Assembly: GCA_965113315.1 (NCBI GenBank)
Contig: OZ220372.1
Length of the DNA stretch: 64,000 nucleotides
Reading direction: 5' to 3' (one strand)
DNA from: Podarcis vaucheri
Lineage: Eukaryota
The notes under the pieces are model-generated. The model made no database searches, had not been told where the DNA came from, and worked only from the letters and a program-made list of their open reading frames with translations. This document shows, in pieces, positions 63,330 through 64,000 of the stretch. Position 1 is the first letter of the stretch. Each line of letters starts with the position of its first letter. The position numbers and the translations under genes are program-made.

Positions 63330-63592
63330 CGGTCCCTTTTCTGCTGCAAGCGGGTGGGGGCGGAGCTGCTCCGGAGCCGCGCTTAAGTTTCACTTTCCAA
63401 GCTCTTCTCTCAAAAGGGGAAATCAAAACTCATCTCGGCGGCTCCGCTCTGCCCTCTAGCCGAGGAGCGCCGCGCTCAGAAGGGAAGCTTGGCGAGCGCG
63501 GCGCGGACAGGCTCGTTTCCACGCTCGTGGAAAGCGAAGTGAAGCGGGGCAGCGAGGAGATCCGGGCGGCTGGCGGTCGAGGCGCAGTAAGT
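63330..63592 (+). promoter_or_regulatory. CpG-island promoter and first non-coding exon of the next gene, with ISRE elements (probably USP18 by synteny)
   Basis: GC box, a consensus ISRE AGTTTCACTTTCC (63386-63398), ISRE-like GGAAATCAAAACT (63418-63430) and GGAAAGCGAAGT (63529-63540), and a donor GTAAGT at 63587. No coding sequence for this gene lies in the window. Confidence 0.65.
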
Positions 63593-64000
63593 CCCAATTC
63601 TTCTCGTGCTCAAACGTTGCATATTCCGTTTGCTTGCTTGTTTTTTTTTGAATATTTCAGCTCTTCGGAGAGAGTCGGTGCTCCACTTGCTTTGGGAAAA
63701 TAGCGCTGTTGGCACGAGACTCTTAGTCCCTGGGTCGTGGGTTCGAGTTCTGCACTGCAGCGGGGTGGACTAGATGACCCAATTTTGTGATTCAATCCTT
63801 AACTTCATTCTACCGGGATGGCTCTTTGCGATCCGGAACGCCTCCCCAGACTTATCAGCAGGCTGACAAAAACTACTTGTTGAGAAACAAAATAATAGGA
63901 AATAGGGAATAGAAAGGAGCCCCAGAGGGTTCATTGGGTTCACTCAAAAATTAAAGGGTGCAGGGCTAACTGAGCGACATGGATAAGGGATCATATTCTG

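Overview
Vertebrate nuclear DNA, most likely from a squamate (lizard), judging by the Sauria-type SINEs and the CR1/L2/RTE/Penelope/hAT/Tc1 repeat mix. It holds three intact spliced genes on the + strand. PEX26 has 5 coding exons (21266-25482, 312 aa). Two tandem alpha-tubulin-8-type genes follow: a divergent copy A (29342-36480, 448 aa, tail ...SVLDSEEI) and a TUBA8-like copy B (48686-58918, 449 aa, tail ...EEENDGEEY). Between them lie a young CR1-clade LINE with both ORFs open (37605-43551, minus strand), whose 5' UTR is about 11 tandem 153-bp monomers, and a 1402-bp tandem duplication bounded by MITEs. The right end is a CpG-rich, ISRE-containing promoter and first exon, probably USP18 by synteny. 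The main unexplained signals are: (1) a heavily decayed TLR11/12-like Toll-like receptor relic on the minus strand at about 3850-6390; (2) exon-4-restricted gene conversion between two otherwise old tubulin paralogs; (3) a TSD-flanked 429-bp insertion carrying a minimal hammerhead-ribozyme core; (4) the monomer-array 5' UTR of the CR1. All alignments, counts and family assignments were made by eye or from memory, without database searches.
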